A program made the translations under genes and the position numbers. Source: Minisyncoccia bacterium (GTDB lineage Bacteria > Patescibacteriota > Minisyncoccia > UBA6257 > JAAZHW01). Taken from it: a stretch of DNA of 64,000 bases. The stretch covers positions 84,015 to 148,014 of the forward strand of contig JBNASH010000035.1 of assembly GCA_049720475.1 (NCBI GenBank), read 5' to 3'. The notes beneath the pieces were generated by a model. The model had not been told where the DNA came from and searched no databases. It was given only the letters and a program-made list of their open reading frames with translations. Shown here in pieces: positions 26,373 to 34,869 of the stretch (positions are counted from its first letter, which is position 1; each line of letters starts with the position of its first letter).

Positions 26373-27903
26373 AATTTTCATTTTTGATACGATACCGCAA
26401 TGCCTCAGCAATGTGTTCGCTTTTAATAATTTCAGACTCTTCTAAATCAGCAATTGTTCGGGCTACTTTCAAAATACGATAATAACTTCTCGCTGATAAA
26501 TACCAATTTTCGATTGACTTCTTTAATAACTTTTCAGCTGAATCATCTAATTGACAAATTTCTTCAACCTCTCTCGATGTCATTTCGGCATTAGTAAAGA
26601 TATTTTTCTTTAATCGAGAAAATCTGTTTTTTTGTATCTCTCGCGCTTTTTCAATTCTTTTTCTAATTACACTTGAAGATTCACCACTATTTTCTTGTTT
26701 TAATTCCTCATATTTAATCCGCGGCACTTCAATTTGTAAATCAATACGATCAAGTAGAGGACCTGAAATTTTTTTCTGATATCTTAAAATCTCTGAAGGT
26801 GAACAACGACATTCTTTTTCAGGATCGCCATAATAACCGCACGGACAAGGATTCATAGCCGCCACTAAAATAAAACGGGCTGGAAAAGTTAAACTCCCTT
26901 GAACGCGACTTACTGTAATTTCTCCATCTTCCAATGGTTGTCTTAAACTTTCCAAAACATCACGCGCAAATTCAGGAATTTCATCCATAAACAACACTCC
27001 GCGATGAGCCAAGCTAATTTCTCCAGGCTTAGGCCACGATCCTCCTCCCACTAAAGCAATTTTTGAAGCAGTATGATGCGGCGAACGAAATGGTCGGTTA
27101 ATAATAATTGGATTTTCATTAGAGAGTAAACCGCAAATACTATAAATTTGACTCACTTCTAATGCCTCCTCCAATGATAACGTTGGCAGAATCGAAGGCA
27201 AAGCTTTTGCTAGCATGCTTTTCCCTGAGCCTGGCGAACCAACCATTAAAACATTATGACCTCCAGCCGCCGCAATTTCCAAAGCTCTTTTGGCCTGGTA
27301 CTGACCTTTAATATCGGAAAAATCAATCGGATATTCATTAAATTTATTTAAATCAATCTCTCCAGTGCTTAAAAAACCCATTTCTCTTTTGCCCTCCAAA
27401 TATTCAATTACTTCTTGTAAATTATTACATCCGACAATTTTTATGCCCTTGATTAAAGAAGCTTCATTAACATTTTTTATAGGAATAATAATTTCTTCAA
27501 ATTTTTCTTGGGCCAGAAGCGCAATTGGTAAAATACCGGGTACTGGTCTTAAACTGCCATCCAAAGCTAATTCGCCTAAAAATAATTTTTTACTAGCCTC
27601 AAAATTTTTGATTTGTTTTGAAGCTAAAAGATAGCCAACCGCAATCGCTAAATCATAAGCTGATCCCTCCTTTTTTAAATCAGCCGGGGCTAAATTAACG
27701 GTGATTCTTTTGTTTAAACGCTGAGGAGCGACTGCCCCACTATTTTTTATAGCTGAGGAAACCCTATCCTTTGCTTCATTCACCGCCTTATCAGCCAAGC
27801 CAACAATATTAAAAGCATGAAGGCCGGATGATAAATCAACCTCTACTTCAATGACTTGGGCTTTTATTCCAATAACAGCCGAAGAATAAACTTTGGCGGT
27901 CAT
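26371..27903 (-). CDS. comM: YifB/ComM-family Mg-chelatase-like AAA+ ATPase
   Basis: N-terminal ChlI/ComM domain (VIGIKAQVIEVEV), Walker A GSPGSGKS, and a C-terminal Mg-chelatase domain. Confidence 0.85.
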   Translation of the reverse strand: MTAKVYSSAVIGIKAQVIEVEVDLSSGLHAFNIVGLADKAVNEAKDRVSSAIKNSGAVAPQRLNKRITVNLAPADLKKEGSAYDLAIAVGYLLASKQIKNFEASKKLFLGELALDGSLRPVPGILPIALLAQEKFEEIIIPIKNVNEASLIKGIKIVGCNNLQEVIEYLEGKREMGFLSTGEIDLNKFNEYPIDFSDIKGQYQAKRALEIAAAGGHNVLMVGSPGSGKSMLAKALPSILPTLSLEEALEVSQIYSICGLLSNENPIIINRPFRSPHHTASKIALVGGGSWPKPGEISLAHRGVLFMDEIPEFARDVLESLRQPLEDGEITVSRVQGSLTFPARFILVAAMNPCPCGYYGDPEKECRCSPSEILRYQKKISGPLLDRIDLQIEVPRIKYEELKQENSGESSSVIRKRIEKAREIQKNRFSRLKKNIFTNAEMTSREVEEICQLDDSAEKLLKKSIENWYLSARSYYRILKVARTIADLEESEIIKSEHIAEALRYRIKNEN

Positions 27904-27923
27904 GGTAAACGAATTGGCAAAAA

Positions 27924-28316
27924 TTACGATAATTGACGATTTTTCTTTTTAACACAGGCTATACAAATTTGCGCTGTTGGTTCTATCTTTAGGCGTTCAA
28001 GTTCGATTAAATTGCCGCATTCAACACAAATACCATACGTGCCCTTTTCCATTCTTTCCAAGGCTTGATTAATCCTGTCAATTTCATTTTCCCATTCCAT
28101 TTTTAATGAAAGCAGATTATTTAATTCCTCAACTTCGTCAGCTTCAATCGAGGCATCTTCTGATGCCATAAAATCTGGCATTTTAATTGCCATGTCTTTC
28201 TCTTTTAAATTTAATTCTTCAACTTTCTTCTGAAACTCTTCTTTTTCCTTTTCTAGTAACTCTTTTAACTCTTTGAGAGTTTTTTTATCGTATTTTTTTC
28301 TTTTAAAAATAATCAT
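27924..28316 (-). CDS. DksA/TraR-family C4 zinc-finger protein
   Basis: C-terminal CVECGNLIE...CIACVKK four-Cys finger after a coiled-coil N-terminus. Confidence 0.6.
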   Translation of the reverse strand: MIIFKRKKYDKKTLKELKELLEKEKEEFQKKVEELNLKEKDMAIKMPDFMASEDASIEADEVEELNNLLSLKMEWENEIDRINQALERMEKGTYGICVECGNLIELERLKIEPTAQICIACVKKKNRQLS

Positions 28317-28328
28317 GATGTTTTTTTA

Positions 28329-28673
28329 TTATTTGACCTCAGAAACAATTTGATTAAAAATTTCTGGTTTGAATTCCGCTAATTGAGCTAAAATTTTTCT
28401 ATCAATTTTGATATTGTTCTTTTTGAGCAAATGAATAAATTCATTATATTTTAACCCTTGTTGGTTAACCGCGGCTTTAATTTTTGTCTGCCAAAGACGA
28501 CGAAAATCGCGTTTTTTTAATTTTCTTCCTTCAAAAGCATGCGTCCAAGCATGAAGAAGGGCTTCTTTGGCTAAACGTTCCTTTGATTTGCGTCCCCATT
28601 TAAAACCTTTGGTATAACGCAAGATTTTCTCTCTTTTCTTATGGGCAATTTTTCCTCTTTTTACTCTAACCAT
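28329..28673 (-). CDS. rplT: 50S ribosomal protein L20
   Basis: MVRVKRGKIAHKKREKILRYTKGF..., the L20 signature. Confidence 0.9.
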   Translation of the reverse strand: MVRVKRGKIAHKKREKILRYTKGFKWGRKSKERLAKEALLHAWTHAFEGRKLKKRDFRRLWQTKIKAAVNQQGLKYNEFIHLLKKNNIKIDRKILAQLAEFKPEIFNQIVSEVK

Positions 28674-28690
28674 ATTTTTATTGAAAAAAT

Positions 28691-28732
28691 AGTTTCTATT
28701 TAATTTTAATATTTAAAAATTAAATAGAAACT
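28691..28732 (-). promoter_or_regulatory. perfect 17-bp-stem AT-rich hairpin in the rpmI-rplT intergenic spacer (AGTTTCTATTTAATTTT-aatattt-AAAATTAAATAGAAACT)
   Basis: Read directly; possible L20 autoregulatory or processing structure. Confidence 0.4.
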
Positions 28733-28744
28733 TTAGAAAAATTA

Positions 28745-28948
28745 TTATTTATTAGTAGAATGATAAGGCAAAAATTTTTTTATTGCCTTTTCATCGGCAT
28801 TATAAAAAGATTTATAATGTCTCTTTTTTTGATTATCACGACCTGTTAGTTTGGACTTAAAATGATTTTGCTTTATGGGACGATGAAGCAATTTTTTGCT
28901 TTTAGTAATTTTTATTCTTTTGTGTAAGGCTTTTTTTGTTTTTAACAT
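28745..28948 (-). CDS. rpmI: 50S ribosomal protein L35
   Basis: MLKTKKALHKRIKITKSKKLLHR, the L35 signature. Confidence 0.85.
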   Translation of the reverse strand: MLKTKKALHKRIKITKSKKLLHRPIKQNHFKSKLTGRDNQKKRHYKSFYNADEKAIKKFLPYHSTNK

Positions 28949-28952
28949 ATTT

Positions 28953-29474
28953 TTAGGAAGAAATTGTTATAATTAAACCACGAGGAGCGCTTTTTATATC
29001 TTGGATGATTTTATAAGGATGATTAATGAAAGTTAAAAATTCTTTTAATTTTTTCTCAGCTAAATCCTTATGGCTTTTTTCTCGACCTCTAAGTATAAGT
29101 TCAATTTGAATTTTCAAACCATCTTCTAAAAATTCTTCAATTTGTTTTGCCTTCACCTCCATATCGTGTTTGCCTATATTAAAACCCAATCGGACATGTT
29201 TCATTTCATCACTTCTTTCTTTCATCCGCTTTTTTCTTTCTTCCTTCTCTTGCTGATACAAAAATTTGCCGTAATCACAAATTTTTGTCACCACTGGATT
29301 AGTATTGCTTGTAATTTCCACTAAATCTAAATTTTTTGATTGGGCCAAACTCAATGCTTGTTCAAGCGGCATCACTCCCAAATTTTGACCATTCTCATCA
29401 ATTACCCTTACCTCTTTCGCTCTTATTTGATTGTTGATATTATATCTTTTTATTTTAGCGTTAAATAAAAAAAT
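28953..29474 (-). CDS. infC: translation initiation factor IF-3 (probable non-AUG start; the conserved N-terminus extends upstream of the track's TTG start at 29381)
   Basis: The track ORF is a clear IF3 (LDLVEITSNTNPVVTKICDYGKF). The in-frame upstream codons encode NINNQIRAKEVRVIDENGQNLGV, matching the conserved IF3 N-domain. No ATG/GTG/TTG lies upstream, but an in-frame ATT at 29472-29474 does (IF3 uses AUU in E. coli). Confidence 0.75.
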   Translation of the reverse strand: MFLFNAKIKRYNINNQIRAKEVRVIDENGQNLGVMPLEQALSLAQSKNLDLVEITSNTNPVVTKICDYGKFLYQQEKEERKKRMKERSDEMKHVRLGFNIGKHDMEVKAKQIEEFLEDGLKIQIELILRGREKSHKDLAEKKLKEFLTFINHPYKIIQDIKSAPRGLIITISS

Positions 29475-29489
29475 CGACCGAATATTTAG

Positions 29490-29835
29490 TGGAGATGGCG
29501 GGAATCGAACCCGCGTCGGCGAAAAAGTTGATTTTCAAGCTTTCCAGACAATCAGCCGATTTATCTTAAGGGTTAATATTTAAAATCGGCAAAATTATTA
29601 ACCCCCGTCTTTGGTGTTAGGTTGCTTTTCTAGCCAAAGACACCTAGAAAAAGCCGAGCTCGATAATTTGACACCCTTCTGGCCTATCGAGCATCAGCCA
29701 GTCGGATGGGCTTATGCTAAAGCAAAAGCCAAGTTTCTGCTAAAATTGGCAGTTTTTCTTTCTCGCTTTTTTACGAGGTAGCGAACCCTCGGTCTGACTT
29801 GAAAATGCTTTTTCGCCTCGAGGCCAATCATCCCC
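29490..29835 (-). ncRNA. ssrA: tmRNA (ssrA)
   Basis: 5' end GGGGAUGAUUGG... (G3:U70 alanine identity pair) and a 3' tRNA-like end GCGGGUUCGAUUCCCGCCAUCUCCA, near-identical to E. coli ...GCGGGUUCAACUCCCGCCAGCUCCA. A tag-like reading frame ...GCCAAUUUUAGCAGAAACUUGGCUUUUGCUUUAGCAUAA is present. smpB lies immediately downstream. Confidence 0.85.
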
Positions 29836-29847
29836 ATTTTAATAAAT

Positions 29848-30306
29848 TTAATAATTTTTAAGGTTGCGGGCTATTTCTCTTTCTGTTTCGCGTTTTTTAA
29901 TTATCTCTCTTTTATCGATTTTACGTCTGCTTCTACCAAGTCCTAATTCTACTTTAATTTTATTTTTTTTCAAGTAAACCATAAGAGGAATAAGCAATAA
30001 TCGCTCAGTTTTCATTTTACCAATTAATCTGTTAATTTCTTCTTTGTGAAGGAGTAATTTGCGGCTCCGATCAGGCTGGTAATCAAACGGTGCGTTTTTT
30101 GCTTGCCAGGCAGGAATTTGCGCATTAATTAAATAGATTTCATTGCCATAAATCTGAGCAAAAGAACCATCTAAATTAATGTTTCCGTTTTTAACGGACT
30201 TCACTTCGCATCCCAATAACTGAATCCCCGCTTCAATCCTTTCTAAAATTTCATAATTAAATTCCGCTTTTCGATTTTTAGCTAAAATTTTCATAAAATT
30301 ACTCAC
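29848..30306 (-). CDS. smpB: SsrA-binding protein SmpB
   Basis: 152-aa basic protein with the SmpB fold signature (GIQLLGCEVKSVK, C-terminal basic tail), adjacent to tmRNA. Confidence 0.9.
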   Translation of the reverse strand: MSNFMKILAKNRKAEFNYEILERIEAGIQLLGCEVKSVKNGNINLDGSFAQIYGNEIYLINAQIPAWQAKNAPFDYQPDRSRKLLLHKEEINRLIGKMKTERLLLIPLMVYLKKNKIKVELGLGRSRRKIDKREIIKKRETEREIARNLKNY

Positions 30307-31738
30307 CTTTTATTACCGCTAAAGGCAATAGTTTGGCAACTTTTAAGGACAGATTGCTTTGATGAACGACATTGACTACTTCATTAATGTCTTTGTAAGC
30401 CTCTGGCGCCTCTTCGGCCAAACCCTTTAAACTTTCGCATTTTACTAAAATTCCTTTATTTTCTAAATATTTTACAATTTCTTTTGGTGAAAGAGTTTTA
30501 ACAGCAGCCATGCGTGACATTCTTCGCCCAGCGCCATGACAAGTTGAATAAAAACTTTCTAAGCTTTTTTCCGTACCGACCAAAACATAAGAAGCCGTAC
30601 CCATACTCCCTGGAATCAAAACTGGCTGACCAATTGATTGATATTTTAAAGGTATTTCCGGGTGAAAGGGCGGGAAAGCTCTTGTTGAACCTTTGCGATG
30701 AACTAAAACTTTTTGTTTTTTGCCCTCAATTTCATATTCTTCTAATTTAGCAATATTGTGGGCTACATCATATAAAATTCTTAGTTTTTTATCTTTACCC
30801 AAAATTTTTTTCCAAGCCTCTCTGATATAAAAAGTGATCATTTGGCGATTAGCCCAAGCAAAATTTGCCGCTGCACTCATCGCGCTAAAATAGTTTTGTC
30901 CTTCATCGCTTTTAAATGGCGCACAAACTAATTCTCTATCAGGCACGCTAAAATTATATTTTTTCATTAATTTCATCATTTGCTGAATATAATCAGTAGC
31001 TACTTGATGGCCCAACCCCCTCGAACCAGTATGAATCATCACAACTATTTGATTAAGAAAAAGGCCCATTGTTTGACTAATTTTCTCATCAAAAATTTCA
31101 GCTACCCTGAGAATTTCTAAGAAATGGTTGCCACTACCCAAAGTTCCCAGCTGATCTTGACCACGATTTTTAGCTTTGTTTGAAACCATTTTAGCATCAG
31201 CAAATTCTAAACAACCGCCCGCCTCACAAAACTCAATATCCTCTTTCTCACCATAACCATCTTCTACTAATTTTTTTGCTCCACCATTTAAAACTCTATC
31301 TAAACTCGAAAGACTAATTCCCACATCATGTCCTTTTCCCAAACCAGACGGAACTACTTTGGCAATAGCTGTGGCTAATTTATCCAAATATGGCTCTATT
31401 TCTTCTTTAGAATAATCGGACAATAAAATCCGCATGCCACAATTAATATCATATCCAACACCACCCGGCGAAATTACTCCTTCATCTGCTTTGATAGCCG
31501 CTACCCCACCAATAGGAAAACCGTATCCTTCATGGATATCGGGCATTGCTAAACTATAATTAACAATCCCCGGTAAAGTTGCTACATTTATCAACTGATG
31601 CAAAGATCGGTCGCGCATTGATTCCTCAAGCAACTTTTCGCTGGCGTAAACTCTTGCTGAAACCCGCATATCATCTCTCCATCCTTTAGGAATCTCCCAC
31701 AAAAAGTCATTAATTTTAACAAAATCGTTTTTATTCAT
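30299..31738 (-). CDS. rtcB: RNA-splicing ligase RtcB
   Basis: Conserved RtcB motifs (GYDINCGMR, GSRGLGHQV, HNIAKLEEY, STCHGAGR). Confidence 0.85.
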   Translation of the reverse strand: MNKNDFVKINDFLWEIPKGWRDDMRVSARVYASEKLLEESMRDRSLHQLINVATLPGIVNYSLAMPDIHEGYGFPIGGVAAIKADEGVISPGGVGYDINCGMRILLSDYSKEEIEPYLDKLATAIAKVVPSGLGKGHDVGISLSSLDRVLNGGAKKLVEDGYGEKEDIEFCEAGGCLEFADAKMVSNKAKNRGQDQLGTLGSGNHFLEILRVAEIFDEKISQTMGLFLNQIVVMIHTGSRGLGHQVATDYIQQMMKLMKKYNFSVPDRELVCAPFKSDEGQNYFSAMSAAANFAWANRQMITFYIREAWKKILGKDKKLRILYDVAHNIAKLEEYEIEGKKQKVLVHRKGSTRAFPPFHPEIPLKYQSIGQPVLIPGSMGTASYVLVGTEKSLESFYSTCHGAGRRMSRMAAVKTLSPKEIVKYLENKGILVKCESLKGLAEEAPEAYKDINEVVNVVHQSNLSLKVAKLLPLAVIKGE

Positions 31739-31782
31739 AAAACATTTTTATTATAATCGGCTTTTCAAAAATTAAAAATTGA

Positions 31783-33354
31783 TTATTGTTTTTTCCGATA
31801 TTTAGGTGTTACCCAAAAACCTAGATATTTTTTTATCATTAATCTCGTTTGAGCCTCCAATGCCGGCACACTACCAAAAAAAATTAGATTAATCGGAGTT
31901 AAAAACCACTGCAAAACAAAATAAACATAACGCCATTTGCCATAAGATGGCGGGCGAGGGGGCAAAAACCAAAAATTTAAGATCGCACAGGTGATAATAC
32001 CAATATTTGCAACAGTTAAAATATACGAGGTTGTTTTTGGTAAATAAAAGGAAAGGAGGGTAAAATTAAATTTTGGACCACCTAAAACCAACGGCAGCCA
32101 ACCCAAAAAGAAAATTATTAAACTTGTTGTTGCCCACGAATAAAATCCATCAAATAAAAAGAAACCATAAATTAATTTTTTCTTCAGGGGAATTTTTTTA
32201 TTTTTTAAAAAACCAAAAAAGGCATAAGCAATATCAAAAGCGCCATAGGCCCAACGTCTTTGTTGTTTATATTGATTAACTATCGTTTTTGTAAATTTAG
32301 CATCAACATTTGCATCCATTGAAACTGGATAAAATAATGGGACAATTTCCCAATTGCCATCATAATACAAAAAGCACTGCCAAAAAATTCTTGAATCTTC
32401 AGAAACAACATTGGTTTGCCAAAAATCAATATCTACCAAAGCTTTAAATGGCATTGAGTGAGAAGAAAAAGTGGTCATTCGCTCTGGCCGAGCCTGCTGA
32501 ATTAACTGAAAAAAAGTAGAAGAAAAAGAGATAACTCGAGCTAAAGCTGGCGCCTCCCAAATATTATTCGTAAAAAGAGGCACGGGCTGATAACTAGAAT
32601 GCAATGGATTTCTAGCAGTTAAAAAATGATAAGTGAGACAACCAAAATAATCACTTGGGATAACTGTATCAATATCAAAATTCGAAACTAAAATATTTTC
32701 ATAAGGAATATTTAGCAAATCAATAATATTTTTTTTGGCCTCGCGAGCCGCCCAAGCAGCATTAGCGCCCTTCCCCGCAATTTCTCCCTCAATATCTTTA
32801 GGATGAACTGTTATTAGAAAATGTTTAAAAACATTTTTAAATTCATCTTTAATTTTGATGATGGTTTCTTTAACCTCTTCTTGCGCTCTCTCTTCCGTAG
32901 CCAAAACAACAATTAATCGGTCAATTGGGTAATTAACGTTAGAAAGAGATTTTAAAGTAGTTGAGACGATTTCGTATGATTCGTTAACCATTGGCAAAAT
33001 CACCAAATGATAAATTTCACGCCAATCGCTAATATTTAAATTATATTTTTCCTTGGGTAAATTTTTTAATTCCAAAAGCCAATTTTTTGCTAAATTTTTC
33101 CGAACAATTTTAAAACTATAAAAAGCATGGATGCTAAAATAAATCGTTTTGATCAACCAAAAAACATCAAAAACAATAATAAAAATAGCAGCAACCACTG
33201 GCCATTGCCAAGCTACTATAAAGACAGCGATTAGAGTCAACCACGAACACAAACCCGGTAAAATTTCAAAAAAACGAAATATAATTCGCTCTTTTTTTTC
33301 TTGTAATTCATCTGCCTTGCCTATTTTAAGATAATACAAATCAGCGGGAAGCAT
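31783..33354 (-). CDS. integral-membrane family-2 glycosyltransferase (cellulose-synthase-like topology)
   Basis: N- and C-terminal TM bundles flanking a cytoplasmic GT-A-like domain (DxD-like SNFDID; QxxRW-like QQRRWAYG). Confidence 0.6.
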   Translation of the reverse strand: MLPADLYYLKIGKADELQEKKERIIFRFFEILPGLCSWLTLIAVFIVAWQWPVVAAIFIIVFDVFWLIKTIYFSIHAFYSFKIVRKNLAKNWLLELKNLPKEKYNLNISDWREIYHLVILPMVNESYEIVSTTLKSLSNVNYPIDRLIVVLATEERAQEEVKETIIKIKDEFKNVFKHFLITVHPKDIEGEIAGKGANAAWAAREAKKNIIDLLNIPYENILVSNFDIDTVIPSDYFGCLTYHFLTARNPLHSSYQPVPLFTNNIWEAPALARVISFSSTFFQLIQQARPERMTTFSSHSMPFKALVDIDFWQTNVVSEDSRIFWQCFLYYDGNWEIVPLFYPVSMDANVDAKFTKTIVNQYKQQRRWAYGAFDIAYAFFGFLKNKKIPLKKKLIYGFFLFDGFYSWATTSLIIFFLGWLPLVLGGPKFNFTLLSFYLPKTTSYILTVANIGIITCAILNFWFLPPRPPSYGKWRYVYFVLQWFLTPINLIFFGSVPALEAQTRLMIKKYLGFWVTPKYRKKQ

Positions 33355-33359
33355 AGCAG

Positions 33360-33432
33360 TGCGCCTGGCGCGAATCGAACGCGCAGTCTTCGGCTCCGGA
33401 GGCCGACGCTTTATCCGTTAAGCTACAGGCGC
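33360..33432 (-). tRNA. tRNA-Arg (anticodon CCG)
   Basis: Hand-folded: acceptor GCGCCTG/CAGGCGC, anticodon stem TCGGC/GCCGA, loop CTCCGGA, T-loop TTCGATT. Confidence 0.85.
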
Positions 33433-33476
33433 TCCTTTTTTAATTTAATTCAAATTTAAAATTTGCCAAGACGAAA

Positions 33477-34466
33477 TTAACGAACCGCTGGTTCTAATAA
33501 GCGCAAAGTTATTTCTTTTCTTGTTGCATCCAACTCAGCTTCGACACCAATAGGAATAGTCATTGGATAATAAATATCGCCAAAATCAACATTAGTTATA
33601 ACTGGAATTTTGTATGGCTTTAAAATTTCTTTCAGAATAGTGTTCAAGGTAAAATATTTTGGTCGGCCGAATTTCTTTTCTAATTCCCTATCGGCTGAAC
33701 CAACAGTAACATTTACCATTTTTCCAAAAATAATTCCCTTAACTCCTCCCTCCACAAAAAGACCCGCATTAATTAATCGAGTTAAAGCGCCTTCAATATC
33801 TTCGGAATAATCGCCATGCTCCTCAAAAAATAGAATGCTGTTAGAAACATCTGGAAAATAACGGGTGCCTAATAAATTAGCAAAACTAATTAGATTGCCA
33901 CCGACTAATTTACCGCGAGCACGTCCAGGTTTCAAAATCTGCCATTTACTCCGTTTCAAAAAGGTCGTACCTCCTTCAAAACAAATATTTTTAAAAGAAT
34001 TAATAGTATAACTATTAGCCTTCATAAAGAAATGTTCTATATTGAATCCATGAAAAGTAACAATTCTGCTCCGACGATAAATAGCATTTAATAAAGTAGT
34101 GCCATCAGAAAAACCAATTAAAACTTTTGGATTTTTACGGATTAAATTATAGTCCAACAGCGGCAAAACCTGATTGGCCAAATAACCGCCAACACTCATA
34201 AAAATAGCCCGGATATCTTTTCGAGCAAAAGCCTCATTTAAATCTTGAGCCCTCTCCTCTGGCGTCCCTGCCTTATACATTCCATAAACCACATCAACAT
34301 TTTTTGAGGTTTCAACCACAAAACCAAGACTTTCCAAAGTCTTTAAACCACGGCGAAAATGCTTGAGATTGGTTATGGGCTGAGAAGGAGAGACAACAAT
34401 AACCTTATCTCCTCTTCTCAACCTTTTTGGTTTTAACAGCGGTAATTGGCGAATTAATGTGATCAT
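33477..34466 (-). CDS. LD-carboxypeptidase (peptidase S66, LdcA/MccF-like)
   Basis: GDKVIVVSPS... and LIGFSDGTTLLNAIY (Ser nucleophile context), plus a C-terminal E/H region typical of S66. Confidence 0.75.
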   Translation of the reverse strand: MITLIRQLPLLKPKRLRRGDKVIVVSPSQPITNLKHFRRGLKTLESLGFVVETSKNVDVVYGMYKAGTPEERAQDLNEAFARKDIRAIFMSVGGYLANQVLPLLDYNLIRKNPKVLIGFSDGTTLLNAIYRRSRIVTFHGFNIEHFFMKANSYTINSFKNICFEGGTTFLKRSKWQILKPGRARGKLVGGNLISFANLLGTRYFPDVSNSILFFEEHGDYSEDIEGALTRLINAGLFVEGGVKGIIFGKMVNVTVGSADRELEKKFGRPKYFTLNTILKEILKPYKIPVITNVDFGDIYYPMTIPIGVEAELDATRKEITLRLLEPAVR

Positions 34467-34591
34467 ATTCTTATAAAATAAAAAGGACTCCTCGACAATC
34501 CTTTAAGTTTTTAATTATACTAAAATTTAAAAATTTATCAAGTTAGGGCAAATGGGGTTTGCCGCTTCAAAAATTAAGCCTTTTCAAAAAC

Positions 34592-34858
34592 TTATTCCTC
34601 TTCTGATTCGTCCTGAATATTTTGTAAAATTAAATCATCCAGCTCTTTTTCAAAGTCATTATCGTTTTTAATAATTTCCTTTTCTTCTTTTTCAAAATTC
34701 TTTAAAGTCTCATTAATTTCTGCAAGCAATTTTTCGAATCCTTGATGAATTTCATTATATTCCTCATGAATTTTTGCCATTTCTTTTTTCACTCTTGCAA
34801 GAGTTTCCTCAATTTCATCTTTTTTATTTTTAACCTCATTATCTTGTTGGGTAACCAT
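34592..34858 (-). CDS. small acidic coiled-coil protein
   Basis: ORF with E/K-rich heptad-like sequence. Confidence 0.4.
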   Translation of the reverse strand: MVTQQDNEVKNKKDEIEETLARVKKEMAKIHEEYNEIHQGFEKLLAEINETLKNFEKEEKEIIKNDNDFEKELDDLILQNIQDESEEE

Positions 34859-34869
34859 ATTTTTAAATA

